A stretch of DNA of 64,000 nucleotides from Candidatus Falkowbacteria bacterium S5_I03 (GCA_019248265.1 JAEHGX010000004.1:9495-73494), one strand, 5' to 3'. Counted from the stretch's first letter, positions 9,664 to 19,088 are shown. The notes: generated from the sequence alone by a model not told the origin. Program-made: numbers and translations.

Positions 9664-10266
9664 TTATTTTCTAATTATTTTTAAACCCCCGCCTCGCAAG
9701 TCCACCAAGCGCGATGGCTTTTTTCTCCTAGCTACACCGGTATTGATTATTAAATCCGGTTTATTTTTTCCGAAAAAAATATTATCTAATTTATCAACCG
9801 CAATTAGCGGGGCTTCGCCGCTTAAATTTAAGCTGGTAGAAATGATAGGGAGATTGGCTTTCTTTATTATTTTAATTAAAAAATCAGATTTAGGCAAACG
9901 ACAAGAAAGTCCGCCAGAATCACTAATAATTTCTGCCGGCAAATTATTTTTCGCTCTTAAGATTACGGTGGTCGGCCGCGCCTTAGCGGACCATAATTTC
10001 TTTAAAAGTTCCGCCTCCGGTTTCACTAGTTGGACGTATCGCTTGGCCATGGCAACGCTGGAAACTAAAGTTATCAAAGGCTTGTGCCCTTCTCTTTTTT
10101 TTAATTTAAATATTTTTTTAATAGCCTCACGGTCAGTCGCCAAGCAACTAAGTCCGTAGATAGTATCAGTCGGCAAGACTAAAATTTTACCGGCATGAAG
10201 ATAAACGGAAATCAAATCAAAATCCGAGGGCTTAAAGTCAGCCAATTTTTTTTCTATTTTTATCAT
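9664..10266 (-). CDS. tsaC: L-threonylcarbamoyladenylate synthase (YrdC/Sua5 family)
   Basis: VLPTDTIYGLSC motif; 200 aa. Confidence 0.8.
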   Translation of the reverse strand: MIKIEKKLADFKPSDFDLISVYLHAGKILVLPTDTIYGLSCLATDREAIKKIFKLKKREGHKPLITLVSSVAMAKRYVQLVKPEAELLKKLWSAKARPTTVILRAKNNLPAEIISDSGGLSCRLPKSDFLIKIIKKANLPIISTSLNLSGEAPLIAVDKLDNIFFGKNKPDLIINTGVARRKKPSRLVDLRGGGLKIIRK

Positions 10267-10273
10267 GCTGCTT

Positions 10274-10789
10274 TTAAATAATTGACTTAAGCGCCTTTAA
10301 GGCTTCCGGCAAAACTGGCAGGATAATGTCCACAACTTTCAATAACCATGGGGCAATTACTGATTTAGTTAAACTATCACCCAATAAATTGCCGATGATT
10401 GCGTAGCGAGAAGCTACAAAAACTAGCAAACCCAAAAACAAAGAACCCTCCAGTAAACCGAGCAGGGCTCCTAAAATATTGTTGAGATAACGACTGCCGG
10501 GAATAATTGCCAGTAAATTAAAAACTTTTTCAATTAAAAAGAAGATTAAATTAGTCAAACTGCTGGCCACAATAAACAAAATAATAAAGGCGGCAATTTT
10601 GCCTCCCGCCTCATGGTTAGCGACCAATGAACGGCCCCATTCAAAAAAAGTTAAATAAAAATGACTGGCAACATAAGCGCCGATAATTAGACCGATTATT
10701 CTACCAACGGAGCGAATTAATCCTTTTTTTAAACCACTAAATACAAAGATTGCCAGAATAACGGCTAAAACGATGTCAAAAATTATCAT
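10274..10789 (-). CDS. CvpA family membrane protein
   Basis: Four TM segments and the typical start MIIFDIVLAVILAIFVFSGLKKGLIR. Confidence 0.7.
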   Translation of the reverse strand: MIIFDIVLAVILAIFVFSGLKKGLIRSVGRIIGLIIGAYVASHFYLTFFEWGRSLVANHEAGGKIAAFIILFIVASSLTNLIFFLIEKVFNLLAIIPGSRYLNNILGALLGLLEGSLFLGLLVFVASRYAIIGNLLGDSLTKSVIAPWLLKVVDIILPVLPEALKALKSII

Positions 10790-10793
10790 ATTT

Positions 10794-12233
10794 TTAAGTT
10801 AACCTCGGAAACAAAGCTGTTCCCTTGGTAATTTGTGAAGTTAAAAATTGTTTTTGAATTTTTTGCGCAGCCTCCGGAATAAAAGGTTCCAATAAATAAG
10901 CGAGATTTAAAATTGTTTGCGCCAATGGTTTTAAAGATTTAGCAATCTCTTGGCTATCGGTCATCTTCCAAGGCGTTTCCCGACTTAAAGTTTCATCGCT
11001 CGCTTTAATTTTTTCCCAAATTACTTGCAAGGCTTCATTAAATTTATAGGCGTTCATCGCCTCTTTAAAAGCCCCGATTGTTTTTTTAATATCTGAATTT
11101 TCAAGTTCAATTTTTAAATCAGTCTTAATGGCATTTTTTTCTAATAAATTAGAAACGCGCGCCGCCAGATTTCCTAAACCATTAGCTAAATCGGCATTAT
11201 AACGCGTACGAAATTTATCTTCCGAATAATCGCCATCTTCAAACGGAGACATCTCGGCAAGTAAATAATAACGCACGGCATCGCTACCATATTTCTCGAC
11301 CAATTCAAACGGATCAATCGTGTTGCCGGCGCTTTTACTGATTTTGGCGCCGTTAACCGTCAGGAAGCCAAAAACTAAAACTTGGGTAGAGTTGGCTAAA
11401 CCAGCCGACATCAACATTGCTTGCCACATAGCCGCCTGCGGACGCAGATTATCCTTACCGCAAACCTGTAATCCTGGCCAATATTCTTTAAAATTAGCTT
11501 CATCTTCCGGCCAACCAAGAGTAGAAATATAGTTAACTAAAGCATCAAACCAAACATACATTACCTGACTTTCATCTCCGGGAACAGGCACGCCATGCGG
11601 CATTTTTTCTTTCTGGCGAGAGATACTAAAATCTTGCAAACCGGAAGCGACAAAAGCTTCAATCTCCTTTAAACGGCTGGCCGGCAAAACAAAGTGTGGA
11701 TTATTTTTATAAAGCGCGCTTAACTGATCCTGGTATTTAGAGAAACGAAAAAAATAATTTTCTTCATCAATAATTTCCAAATCCATATTGGCATGCAGAG
11801 GACAGCGTCCATTTTCCAGTTCTGAATCCGTTTTTTCCATTTCACAGCCGACACAATATTTTACTTGATAGTTCTTTTTATAAATATCGCCATTTTTTTC
11901 ACAACGTCGCCAGAATTCTTGAGCGGCCGCGACATGGTGCTCATCAGTAGTGCGAATAAACTTATCATAACTCAAATTCAAAGCCTCCTTTAAAGGTTTA
12001 AATTTAGCCGAATACAAATCACAATATTCCTGGACCGGCATTTCCATTGCCTTGGCCTTCATAAATATTTTTAAACCGTGTTCATCAGTGCCGGTATTAA
12101 AAAATACCTCGTCGCCTAACTGGCGTCGATAACGGGCGATGACATCCGCCTTAATAATTTCCGCGGCAAATCCGATATGCGGCTCGGAATTAATATAAGG
12201 CAAAGTAGTTGTAATATAAAAATTTTTATTCAT
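10794..12233 (-). CDS. metG: methionyl-tRNA synthetase
   Basis: TTLPYINSEPHIGFAAE (HIGH region), Zn knuckles CVGCEM..CPLH, and KISKSAGN (KMSKS). Confidence 0.9.
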   Translation of the reverse strand: MNKNFYITTTLPYINSEPHIGFAAEIIKADVIARYRRQLGDEVFFNTGTDEHGLKIFMKAKAMEMPVQEYCDLYSAKFKPLKEALNLSYDKFIRTTDEHHVAAAQEFWRRCEKNGDIYKKNYQVKYCVGCEMEKTDSELENGRCPLHANMDLEIIDEENYFFRFSKYQDQLSALYKNNPHFVLPASRLKEIEAFVASGLQDFSISRQKEKMPHGVPVPGDESQVMYVWFDALVNYISTLGWPEDEANFKEYWPGLQVCGKDNLRPQAAMWQAMLMSAGLANSTQVLVFGFLTVNGAKISKSAGNTIDPFELVEKYGSDAVRYYLLAEMSPFEDGDYSEDKFRTRYNADLANGLGNLAARVSNLLEKNAIKTDLKIELENSDIKKTIGAFKEAMNAYKFNEALQVIWEKIKASDETLSRETPWKMTDSQEIAKSLKPLAQTILNLAYLLEPFIPEAAQKIQKQFLTSQITKGTALFPRLT

Positions 12234-12936
12234 ATTTATTTTTGGAGTTTGGTTTTTTAATAATCACCACAAATTCACCTTTTAAATTATTAGCGTCTTT
12301 GAGCAGTTCGGCTAAAATTTCCGCGGCACTGCCCTCATAAAGACTTTCAAACATTTTAGTGAGCTCGCGACCAACGCTTAACTGATAGGGATTTTTATGA
12401 TCATTAAAAGTTTCCAATTCTTCCAAAAGTTTAACAATCCGATGTTTTGATTCATAAACAATTACCGGATAGCTGCTGGCGCTAATTTCTTTGAGCATGG
12501 TCTGTCTTCCCTTCTTGTGTGGCAAAAATCCTAAGAATAAAAAGCGATCAAACCCTATGCCGGCAATAGAAATAGCTGTGGTCAGCGCGCTTGGTCCGGG
12601 GACGCTTTCTATTTTAACGCTCTCGCCTAACTTTTCCCTGACTATAGAGACTAGCTTACCTCCCGGATCAGAGATTCCGGGCGTACCCGCGTCAGTTACT
12701 AAAGATAAATTTTTTCCCTCTTCTAGAAGGGCTAGAATTTTATCGACTTTAAGTTCTCCGGAATGCTGGTGATAGGAAATAGTTGGAGTTTTAATTTCAT
12801 AATTATCCAAAAGTTTGCGGGTCACTCGCGTATCTTCGCATAAAATAAAATCCGACTCTTTAAAAATTCTTAAAGCGCGTAAACTGATATCCTCTAAATT
12901 TCCAATCGGGGTACCGACAACCCTTAATATCCCCAT
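12226..12936 (-). CDS. rsmI: 16S rRNA (cytidine1402-2'-O)-methyltransferase
   Basis: GTPIGNLEDISLRAL and CEDTRVTRKLL. Overlaps metG by 8 nt. Confidence 0.85.
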   Translation of the reverse strand: MGILRVVGTPIGNLEDISLRALRIFKESDFILCEDTRVTRKLLDNYEIKTPTISYHQHSGELKVDKILALLEEGKNLSLVTDAGTPGISDPGGKLVSIVREKLGESVKIESVPGPSALTTAISIAGIGFDRFLFLGFLPHKKGRQTMLKEISASSYPVIVYESKHRIVKLLEELETFNDHKNPYQLSVGRELTKMFESLYEGSAAEILAELLKDANNLKGEFVVIIKKPNSKNKYE

Positions 12937-12938
12937 AA

Positions 12939-14666
12939 TTATTCCATGTTATCGCGACGTTCACGGACATATTTAGTCCAGTCCTCAGCCACTTCCACCA
13001 AAATTTTAAATGGCGCTTCAATAATAAAATCGAAAATAAAGATAAAGATATTAACGCGTGACATATTATTTGACAACCAGCGTCCGACTAAAATAATCGG
13101 CATATAGAACAAATCGATAATAAAGGTGCCTAAATTTTCTTGACGCTCAATAATCATTAAATCCTTGACACCGCGGGAAACAATAATACTGAAGAAGCTC
13201 ACAAAGGCCAAAAAGAATAAGAAAATAGTAATACTTACCCAATTGAAACCAATAAAGCTTAGGCCCTTAATAATAATATAAAGCGAGAATAGAAATGAAG
13301 CCGAATAAATAAGATTAAAAATCGCGCTGGCCCAAAAACCTCTTTTGCGTTGCAGGCGTAAAATTAACGGCTGCTTCTTCTCACGGCCAATAAAAGAAAT
13401 TTCCTTGATACCCTCAACAATCATGTCAGTATTATTTTTCTGTGGCTTTTGCGTCATCAAAACAATAAAAAATAATAAAACGGCCGGAAAAGCAACATTA
13501 ATCGCCAGCGAAATTGGATTTAAAGGCTCCTTAAACCAGTGGATAGCCGGGACTTCAATCAAAAAGACGAAGATGGACTTGGTTAAGAAAATATAGATAA
13601 TACTACGCATCGCTGCCCGCCATAAACGTGATTTAGCTTTGCCATACTTTCTTTCACAGGTTTTGCGGACCAAGTTTAGAAAGCCTTTTTCGCCTTTTTG
13701 AATTTCGGCATAAACTTTAGCCGGGTCGCTTTCTACTGTTTCCAGGAGAACATTAAAATATAAAGAGTAACGTCTGACGATTTTATCCAGTTGTTTGGCC
13801 AGCGGATGAACTAACTGGGCCTCAATCTTATCATTAAGCTCTTTGATATTGGCGGCGATTTTCTGAATATTTTTCTCATCGTCGGCGCTAAATTTATCAT
13901 TATGCCCAATCTCCAGCCATGAGTCATTATAATATTTAAACAAAACAAAACTAAGCATTTCCTTATCAAATTTTAAAAACTTCCGACCAATACTCAAATA
14001 AATTTGAATTTCTAAATCATCCTCGTAAGGCAATTCTTTAGGCAGAACAATATCGCTTGATAAAATATCAAACATGTTACTGACAATCACCTGCTTAGTT
14101 TTATTGGGTGCTAAAATTTCCTCAATTTCACAAGCCGCCATATTAAGCAGCCAGCGAACCAGGCTATTTTTTTCGTTCAAATGATCCTTAGCCTCAACAA
14201 TATCGGAATGAATATTTAGAGATGGCACCAATTTAGCGGAAATTTTATTTTTTAAACTGATATATTTTTCCAACAATAAAGCTACTTCGAGAATTTTAGT
14301 TTCTGGAACTTTATTATTTGGTAAATATCCGCCTCTAATGAGTTCTACTAATAGATGATGAGATAGCGCTTCACTGCTGGCGTCTTTTAAGAAGCCCTCA
14401 ATTACCACCTGGCGGTGTAATATTCTAGCAATTGCGTTCTTGCGCAAGAGATGGTCTTCTTCGTAATCAACCGCATTTCTCACTTTTTCATAAACAAAGG
14501 CCAAGCGCGAAATTAATTGCGAAACTCTAATAACTGGGGCATCCTGATCCGGTTCCTCTTTGACATTTTGTTCGCTATAGATAACTTGAAAAAGCTTCTT
14601 AGTATTACTATTAATTTCCACGGGCTCATCGGCCTCTTTACGTCTAATCAAATTTGGGCTAACCAT
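12939..14666 (-). CDS. hypothetical membrane protein (soluble N-terminal ~350 aa plus 4-5 C-terminal TM helices)
   Basis: 575-aa ORF tightly packed with rsmI (2-nt gap). No family recognised. Confidence 0.6.
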   Translation of the reverse strand: MVSPNLIRRKEADEPVEINSNTKKLFQVIYSEQNVKEEPDQDAPVIRVSQLISRLAFVYEKVRNAVDYEEDHLLRKNAIARILHRQVVIEGFLKDASSEALSHHLLVELIRGGYLPNNKVPETKILEVALLLEKYISLKNKISAKLVPSLNIHSDIVEAKDHLNEKNSLVRWLLNMAACEIEEILAPNKTKQVIVSNMFDILSSDIVLPKELPYEDDLEIQIYLSIGRKFLKFDKEMLSFVLFKYYNDSWLEIGHNDKFSADDEKNIQKIAANIKELNDKIEAQLVHPLAKQLDKIVRRYSLYFNVLLETVESDPAKVYAEIQKGEKGFLNLVRKTCERKYGKAKSRLWRAAMRSIIYIFLTKSIFVFLIEVPAIHWFKEPLNPISLAINVAFPAVLLFFIVLMTQKPQKNNTDMIVEGIKEISFIGREKKQPLILRLQRKRGFWASAIFNLIYSASFLFSLYIIIKGLSFIGFNWVSITIFLFFLAFVSFFSIIVSRGVKDLMIIERQENLGTFIIDLFYMPIILVGRWLSNNMSRVNIFIFIFDFIIEAPFKILVEVAEDWTKYVRERRDNME

Positions 14667-14774
14667 ATTTAAATATTAAACTTAAGAAGAGAAATCAAAA
14701 AGACAGATTTCGCTTATATTTCTATTGTATATGGTTTAAAGGCAAAAGGCAATAAAACCAAGTCCCGGCAAGCC

Positions 14775-14803
14775 TTGACAAGTGTCACACTATTTTGTAT
14801 CAT
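14775..14803 (+). promoter_or_regulatory. sigma70-type promoter for secE-nusG-rplKA
   Basis: TTGACA (14775-14780), 17-nt spacer, TATCAT (14798-14803). Confidence 0.55.
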
Positions 14804-14860
14804 TTTAGTAGATAAAAAAGTGGCCAAAAGGCTATTTTTAATTACCTATTTTTAGTCAAT

Positions 14861-15040
14861 ATGAACAAATTAACCAATTATATCAAAGAGTCTATCTCCG
14901 AGATGAAAAAAGTGACTTGGCCAACCAAGAAAGAAACCTACAACTACACAATTCTAGTAATTGGGATTAGCTTAGCCGTTGCCGTCTTTTTAGGTGCGCT
15001 AGACTTCGTTTTCAATTTAGGTCTTCAACTCATCGTTTAA
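14861..15040 (+). CDS. secE: preprotein translocase subunit SecE (59 aa)
   Basis: Below the ORF-track cut-off. MNKLTNYIKESISEMKKVTWPTKKETYNYTILVIGISLAVAVFLGALDFVFNLGLQLIV carries the KVxWP motif and one TM helix, in the conserved position before nusG. Confidence 0.85.
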   Translation: MNKLTNYIKESISEMKKVTWPTKKETYNYTILVIGISLAVAVFLGALDFVFNLGLQLIV

Positions 15041-15071
15041 AAAAAATAAATAGTTCTTAAAGCAAAAATTT

Positions 15072-15617
15072 ATGGCCAAACAACTTTTAAACCAAGGCCG
15101 ACGCTGGTACGTTATCCACACTTATTCCGGTTATGAAGAAAACGTCGCGCAAAACCTAAAACAAAGGGTTGACTCCTTGGACATGGAAGATAAAATTTTC
15201 AACATTTTAATTCCAACCGAGAAAAAAATTAAAATCAAAAACGGCAAACGCAAGGTTACTGAAGAAAAAATCTTTCCCGGATATATTTTAGTAGAAATGG
15301 TAGTAACCGATGAATCTTGGTATATTGTCAGAAATACGCCGAATGTTACTGGCTTTATCGGTACCGGTACTATTCCTACCCCAATCGGCGAAGCCGAGGT
15401 TAAATCCTTGCAAAAGAGAATGGGCGTGGAAGATCCAAAATTCCAAATTGACGTGGTTGTCGGTTCCCCGGTTAAAATCAACGAAGGGCCATTTAAAAAT
15501 ATGGAAGGCAAAGTTACCGCCGTGGACGAGGCTAAGGGTAAAGTTAAGGTTTCTGTTTCCCTCTTCGGCCGCGAAACTCCGGTAGAACTTGATTTCTTGC
15601 AGATTAAAAAAGTTTAA
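15072..15617 (+). CDS. nusG: transcription termination/antitermination factor NusG
   Basis: RWYVIHTYSGYEENV and the KOW region GSPVKINEGPFKNMEGKV. Confidence 0.9.
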   Translation: MAKQLLNQGRRWYVIHTYSGYEENVAQNLKQRVDSLDMEDKIFNILIPTEKKIKIKNGKRKVTEEKIFPGYILVEMVVTDESWYIVRNTPNVTGFIGTGTIPTPIGEAEVKSLQKRMGVEDPKFQIDVVVGSPVKINEGPFKNMEGKVTAVDEAKGKVKVSVSLFGRETPVELDFLQIKKV

Positions 15618-15672
15618 TTAAGAAAATAATATAAATCCGGGCGGCGCTTCTACGTCCCAACAACACATTAAT

Positions 15673-16098
15673 ATGGCAAAAAAGATAAAAACAAAAATTA
15701 AATTACAGATTGCCGGCGGTCAAGCTAACCCAGCTCCTCCAGTCGGTCCGGCTTTAGGTCAACATGGCTTAAATATTGCCGAATTCTGCAAGCAATTCAA
15801 CGATAAAACTAAAGATAAAATGGGAGATATCGTCCCGGTAGAAATTACTGTTTACGAAGATCGAAGCTTTGATTTCATCTTAAAGACTTCCCCGGCGAGC
15901 GAATTAATTAAAAAAGCCGCTGGAATCAAGAAAGGCTCCGGCAAACCGTTAACTGAAAAGATTGGTTCCATTACTGAAAAGCAATTGGAAGAAATTGCCC
16001 TCGCTAAGATGCCTGACTTAAATGCTCGCGACATTGAGGCCGCTAAAAACATTATTGCCGGCACCGCCAGACAAATGGGCGTCGAAATTAAAAAATAA
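15673..16098 (+). CDS. rplK: 50S ribosomal protein L11
   Basis: [24 protein letters not shown]. Confidence 0.95.
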   Translation: MAKKIKTKIKLQIAGGQANPAPPVGPALGQHGLNIAEFCKQFNDKTKDKMGDIVPVEITVYEDRSFDFILKTSPASELIKKAAGIKKGSGKPLTEKIGSITEKQLEEIALAKMPDLNARDIEAAKNIIAGTARQMGVEIKK

Positions 16099-16107
16099 TA
16101 ATTAATT

Positions 16108-16154
16108 GTGGGAGTCAGGCTCTGTCGCTAAGACAGTCGCCGACGTTAAACCAC
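16108..16154 (+). promoter_or_regulatory. candidate L1-binding (autoregulatory) RNA structure in the rplK-rplA spacer
   Basis: GUGG GAGUCA GGC-U-CUGUC-GCUAA-GACAG-UC-GCC GACGUUAAA CCAC. Nested helices with GGGAG and GCCGA flanks resemble the L1 stalk and L1 mRNA operator architecture. Confidence 0.4.
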
Positions 16155-16162
16155 GAAAATAT

Positions 16163-16903
16163 ATGGCTAAAGAAAAAGCTGAAAAAGTTAAGAAAAGTTC
16201 AAAAAAAGCTGCTCCGATTGTTAAGGTGGTAGCTAAAAAGAAAGACTTCTCTGCTATTTATGACAAGAACCAGGCTTATAACATTAATGAGGCCTTGGAA
16301 ATTGTTAAAAAATTAAGTAAAACTAAATTTGACGCTTCCGTGGAAGTTCACTTCCGCTTAGGAATTAACACCAAAAAGGGTGATCAACAAGTTCGCGGTG
16401 CCGTTAGCTTGCCTAATGGAACCGGTAAAACTGTTAAAATTGCCGCTTTTGTTTCTCCGGAAAATGAAAAGGCGGTTAAGGCTGCCGGGGCTGATTTTGT
16501 CGGCGGTGAAGAATTAATCGCGGAAATCAAGAAAACTGAAAAAACTGATTTCGAAGTGGCTATTGCCGAACCAGGATTAATGAAAAATTTAGCAATTATT
16601 GCCAAAATCTTAGGAACCAGAGGTTTAATGCCTTCCCCTAAGAACGATACCGTTACCATGAACCCCGTAAAGGCCGTTGAGGAGCTCAAAAAGGGCAAAA
16701 TTAGCTTCAAAAATGACGATACCGGCAACTTACACGCCGTTATTGGTAAAATCAGTTTTGAGAGCTCAAAATTAGCTGAAAACTACCAAACTCTCTTAGA
16801 AACTGTCAGAAAAGCCAAACCAAGCTCTGCCAAAGGCAGCTTCCTAAAAAACATCAGTATTGCCGCCTCTATGACTCCAGGCGTTAAAGTCATTATTTCC
16901 TAA
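16163..16903 (+). CDS. rplA: 50S ribosomal protein L1 (Lys-rich N-terminal extension)
   Basis: VEVHFRLGINTKKGDQQVRGAVSLPNGTGK. I prefer the ATG at 16163 (MAKEKAEKVKK...); the track ORF starts at TTG 16106, inside the structured spacer. Confidence 0.85.
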   Translation: MAKEKAEKVKKSSKKAAPIVKVVAKKKDFSAIYDKNQAYNINEALEIVKKLSKTKFDASVEVHFRLGINTKKGDQQVRGAVSLPNGTGKTVKIAAFVSPENEKAVKAAGADFVGGEELIAEIKKTEKTDFEVAIAEPGLMKNLAIIAKILGTRGLMPSPKNDTVTMNPVKAVEELKKGKISFKNDDTGNLHAVIGKISFESSKLAENYQTLLETVRKAKPSSAKGSFLKNISIAASMTPGVKVIIS

Positions 16904-16905
16904 TC

Positions 16906-16934
16906 TTGACTTATCCCCATAAATAGGATATAAT
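16906..16934 (+). promoter_or_regulatory. consensus sigma70 promoter overlapping the rplA stop
   Basis: TTGACT (16906-16911), 17-nt spacer, TATAAT (16929-16934). Confidence 0.55.
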
Positions 16935-16963
16935 AGCCTATAGGTAAGCATTTTTTAAAGAAA

Positions 16964-16991
16964 GAGCGGATCCTAATCCGCCTTTTTCTTT
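16964..16991 (+). terminator. intrinsic terminator after rplA, which may also act as an attenuator in the RRM-gene leader
   Basis: GCGGAT-ccta-ATCCGC followed by CTTTTTCTTT. Confidence 0.6.
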
Positions 16992-17037
16992 AATCAAAGG
17001 TCGTCTTACATTTATAAAATAAGTATAGTCAAACAAG

Positions 17038-17295
17038 ATGAAAAAATTATTTATCGGTGGCTTGTCTTTCAAGACAACTGAAGAAGGTCTAGCTGAAGCT
17101 TTTGCTAAAGCCGGAAAAGTTCTCTCCGCCGTAATCATCACCGATCGCATGACCCATCGCTCTAAAGGCTTTGGTTTCGTCGAGATGGAAAATGACGCTG
17201 ACGCGGATGCCGCGATCGCGATGTACAACAATCAAGAATTAGACGGACGCCGTGTCGTTGTTAACGAAGCCCGCCCTCTAGAAAAGAGATTCTAA
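17038..17295 (+). CDS. RRM-type RNA-binding protein
   Basis: RNP2 KLFIGGLSF and RNP1 KGFGFVEM; 85 aa. Confidence 0.9.
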   Translation: MKKLFIGGLSFKTTEEGLAEAFAKAGKVLSAVIITDRMTHRSKGFGFVEMENDADADAAIAMYNNQELDGRRVVVNEARPLEKRF

Positions 17296-17320
17296 TAGAT
17301 CTAAATAGATTGGAAATACA

Positions 17321-17347
17321 AAAAACACCCCGTCAGGGGTGTTTTTG
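17321..17347. terminator. bidirectional intrinsic terminator (RRM gene / iscU)
   Basis: AAAA-ACACCCC-gtca-GGGGTGT-TTTT. Confidence 0.7.
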
Positions 17348-17824
17348 TTATTTCTTCTTTACTGGAGTTTTTTTCTTAATGGTTAAGTTCTTCTTGGGTG
17401 TCGGTTTCTGTTTACTGACTGCCCCTTTCTTTGAAGCCACAGGTTTAACGGTTAAACTCTTTTCATAATCAGCAATCGCTTTTTTCAGACCATCAACCGC
17501 CATAATCGAACAATGAACTTTTTGGTTAGGTAGACCGCCTAATTCGGCGACTACTTTCTGCCACGGATATTTTTTAGCTTCCGCAATTGTCATCCCCTTT
17601 ACCTTTTCCGTTAACACTGAGGCGGTAGCGATATTGGAAGCACAGCCAAAAGACAAAAATTTAACATCTTTTATTTTTCCCTTCTCTACTTTCAAGAAAA
17701 AATCTAATTGGTCGCCGCAAACCATATTGCCGATTTGCGCATAACCATCAGGTTTATTAATTTTACCGACGTTCTTTGGTTTAAGAAAGTTATCCAAAGT
17801 CTTTTTTGTATAATTTAAGGCCAT
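17348..17824 (-). CDS. iscU: Fe-S cluster scaffold (IscU/NifU N-terminal type) with a Lys-rich C-terminal tail
   Basis: VCGDQLDFFL, FGCASNIATAS and the tail KKGAVSKQKPTPKKNLTIKKKTPVKKK. Confidence 0.85.
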   Translation of the reverse strand: MALNYTKKTLDNFLKPKNVGKINKPDGYAQIGNMVCGDQLDFFLKVEKGKIKDVKFLSFGCASNIATASVLTEKVKGMTIAEAKKYPWQKVVAELGGLPNQKVHCSIMAVDGLKKAIADYEKSLTVKPVASKKGAVSKQKPTPKKNLTIKKKTPVKKK

Positions 17825-17835
17825 ATAATATTTAG

Positions 17836-18990
17836 TTAATTAATCGGTGAAAAGCTGCGTAAGCGTTTAACCGTTGCCTTTAAGGCGCGAATTGTATAAT
17901 CAATTCCCTCTTTGTTATTAAAACGACCAAGTGAAAAACGAATATTGCTGTTTAAAAAATTTTTATCCAGTCCCATTGATTTCAAAACATAGGAAGCGCG
18001 CAAATCCGAAGCTGAACAAGCGGAGCCGGTAGAAACATAAACCCCCTTATAAGACAGGTCCATCAAAATAGCTTCGCCTTCAATGTAGCCGAACATGATA
18101 TTTAAGTTGGCGGGAACGCGTTTTTTTAAGCTGCCATTAAGCTTCAATTCTGGAATTTCTTGTTGAATTTTCTGCCAAAAATAATCACGTAAAGCCGTCA
18201 CTTTTTTTAAATAAATATCTCTTTCTTTATAGGCCAGCTCCAAGGCCTCGGCCAAGCCGATAATGCCCGGTAAATTATAAGTTCCGGCTCGGAGACCGTC
18301 TTCTTGACCGCCGCCGATAATTTGCGGCTGGATTTTAATCTGCCGATTAACATAAGCAGCCCCTACGCCCTTAGGCCCATAGAATTTATGAGCCGACAAG
18401 CTTAAGAAATCAATGCCCATTTTTTTAACATCTAATTTTAAATATGGGATAGCTTGAACGGCGTCAGTATGAAAATAAGCGCCGTGGGCGTGCGCTATTT
18501 TAGCTAAAGCCGCGATATCTTGAATTGTGCCAATTTCATTATTAACCGCCATGACTGAAACTAAAATCGTCTCTTTATCAATTAATTTTTCTAATTCTTT
18601 TGCTTCAATCAACCCCTCGGAGTTAACTGGAATAAACTCCACTTTAAAACCGGCGCGGGCCAAAAATTTAGCCGACTCCATCACGCAAGGATGCTCAATG
18701 CTGGAAACAATAATTTTATTCTTTTTTTCGTTGCGGTTAGCTAGAGCAACGCCCTTGATAATTAGATTGTTAGCTTCAGTAGCGCCGGAAGTAAAAATCA
18801 CACCGTTTGTCTCGCCGCCGATTAACTTGGCGACTTTTTCTTTAGCCTTTATCAAGTCTTGAAAAGCATTCTGGCCTAAGTCATGGATAGAGGAAGCATT
18901 GCCATATTCTTTCATAAAATAGGGTTCCATCTTTTTTAAAACTCGCGGGTCCAGCTTAGTCGTGGCCGCGTTATCTAAATATACCTTCAT
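17836..18990 (-). CDS. nifS: cysteine desulfurase (NifS/IscS family)
   Basis: PLP lysine region LSAHKFYGPKGVGAAY and active-site STGSACSA. Confidence 0.9.
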   Translation of the reverse strand: MKVYLDNAATTKLDPRVLKKMEPYFMKEYGNASSIHDLGQNAFQDLIKAKEKVAKLIGGETNGVIFTSGATEANNLIIKGVALANRNEKKNKIIVSSIEHPCVMESAKFLARAGFKVEFIPVNSEGLIEAKELEKLIDKETILVSVMAVNNEIGTIQDIAALAKIAHAHGAYFHTDAVQAIPYLKLDVKKMGIDFLSLSAHKFYGPKGVGAAYVNRQIKIQPQIIGGGQEDGLRAGTYNLPGIIGLAEALELAYKERDIYLKKVTALRDYFWQKIQQEIPELKLNGSLKKRVPANLNIMFGYIEGEAILMDLSYKGVYVSTGSACSASDLRASYVLKSMGLDKNFLNSNIRFSLGRFNNKEGIDYTIRALKATVKRLRSFSPIN

Positions 18991-19055
18991 ATGTTAATCA
19001 TTAAATAATCTATAAGTAATTATATTATAGCTTTTTTAAGCAAAATTTCAAACCA

Positions 19056-19088
19056 AGAAAAAACCCGCCCTCAAAGAAGACGGGTCCA
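19056..19088 (-). terminator. intrinsic terminator after the 19109-19483 gene
   Basis: Minus-strand GACCCGTC..loop..GGCGGGT followed by TTTTTTC. Confidence 0.5.

Noticed and set aside
14667-14860. Expected tRNA gene (for example tRNA-Trp) upstream of secE; more generally, tRNA and rRNA genes anywhere in the window.
   Set aside because: I found no GTTCGAATC/GGTTCAAnTCC-type T-arm strings or cloverleaf-capable segments in this or other spacers. The spacer here is explained by a promoter and leader.
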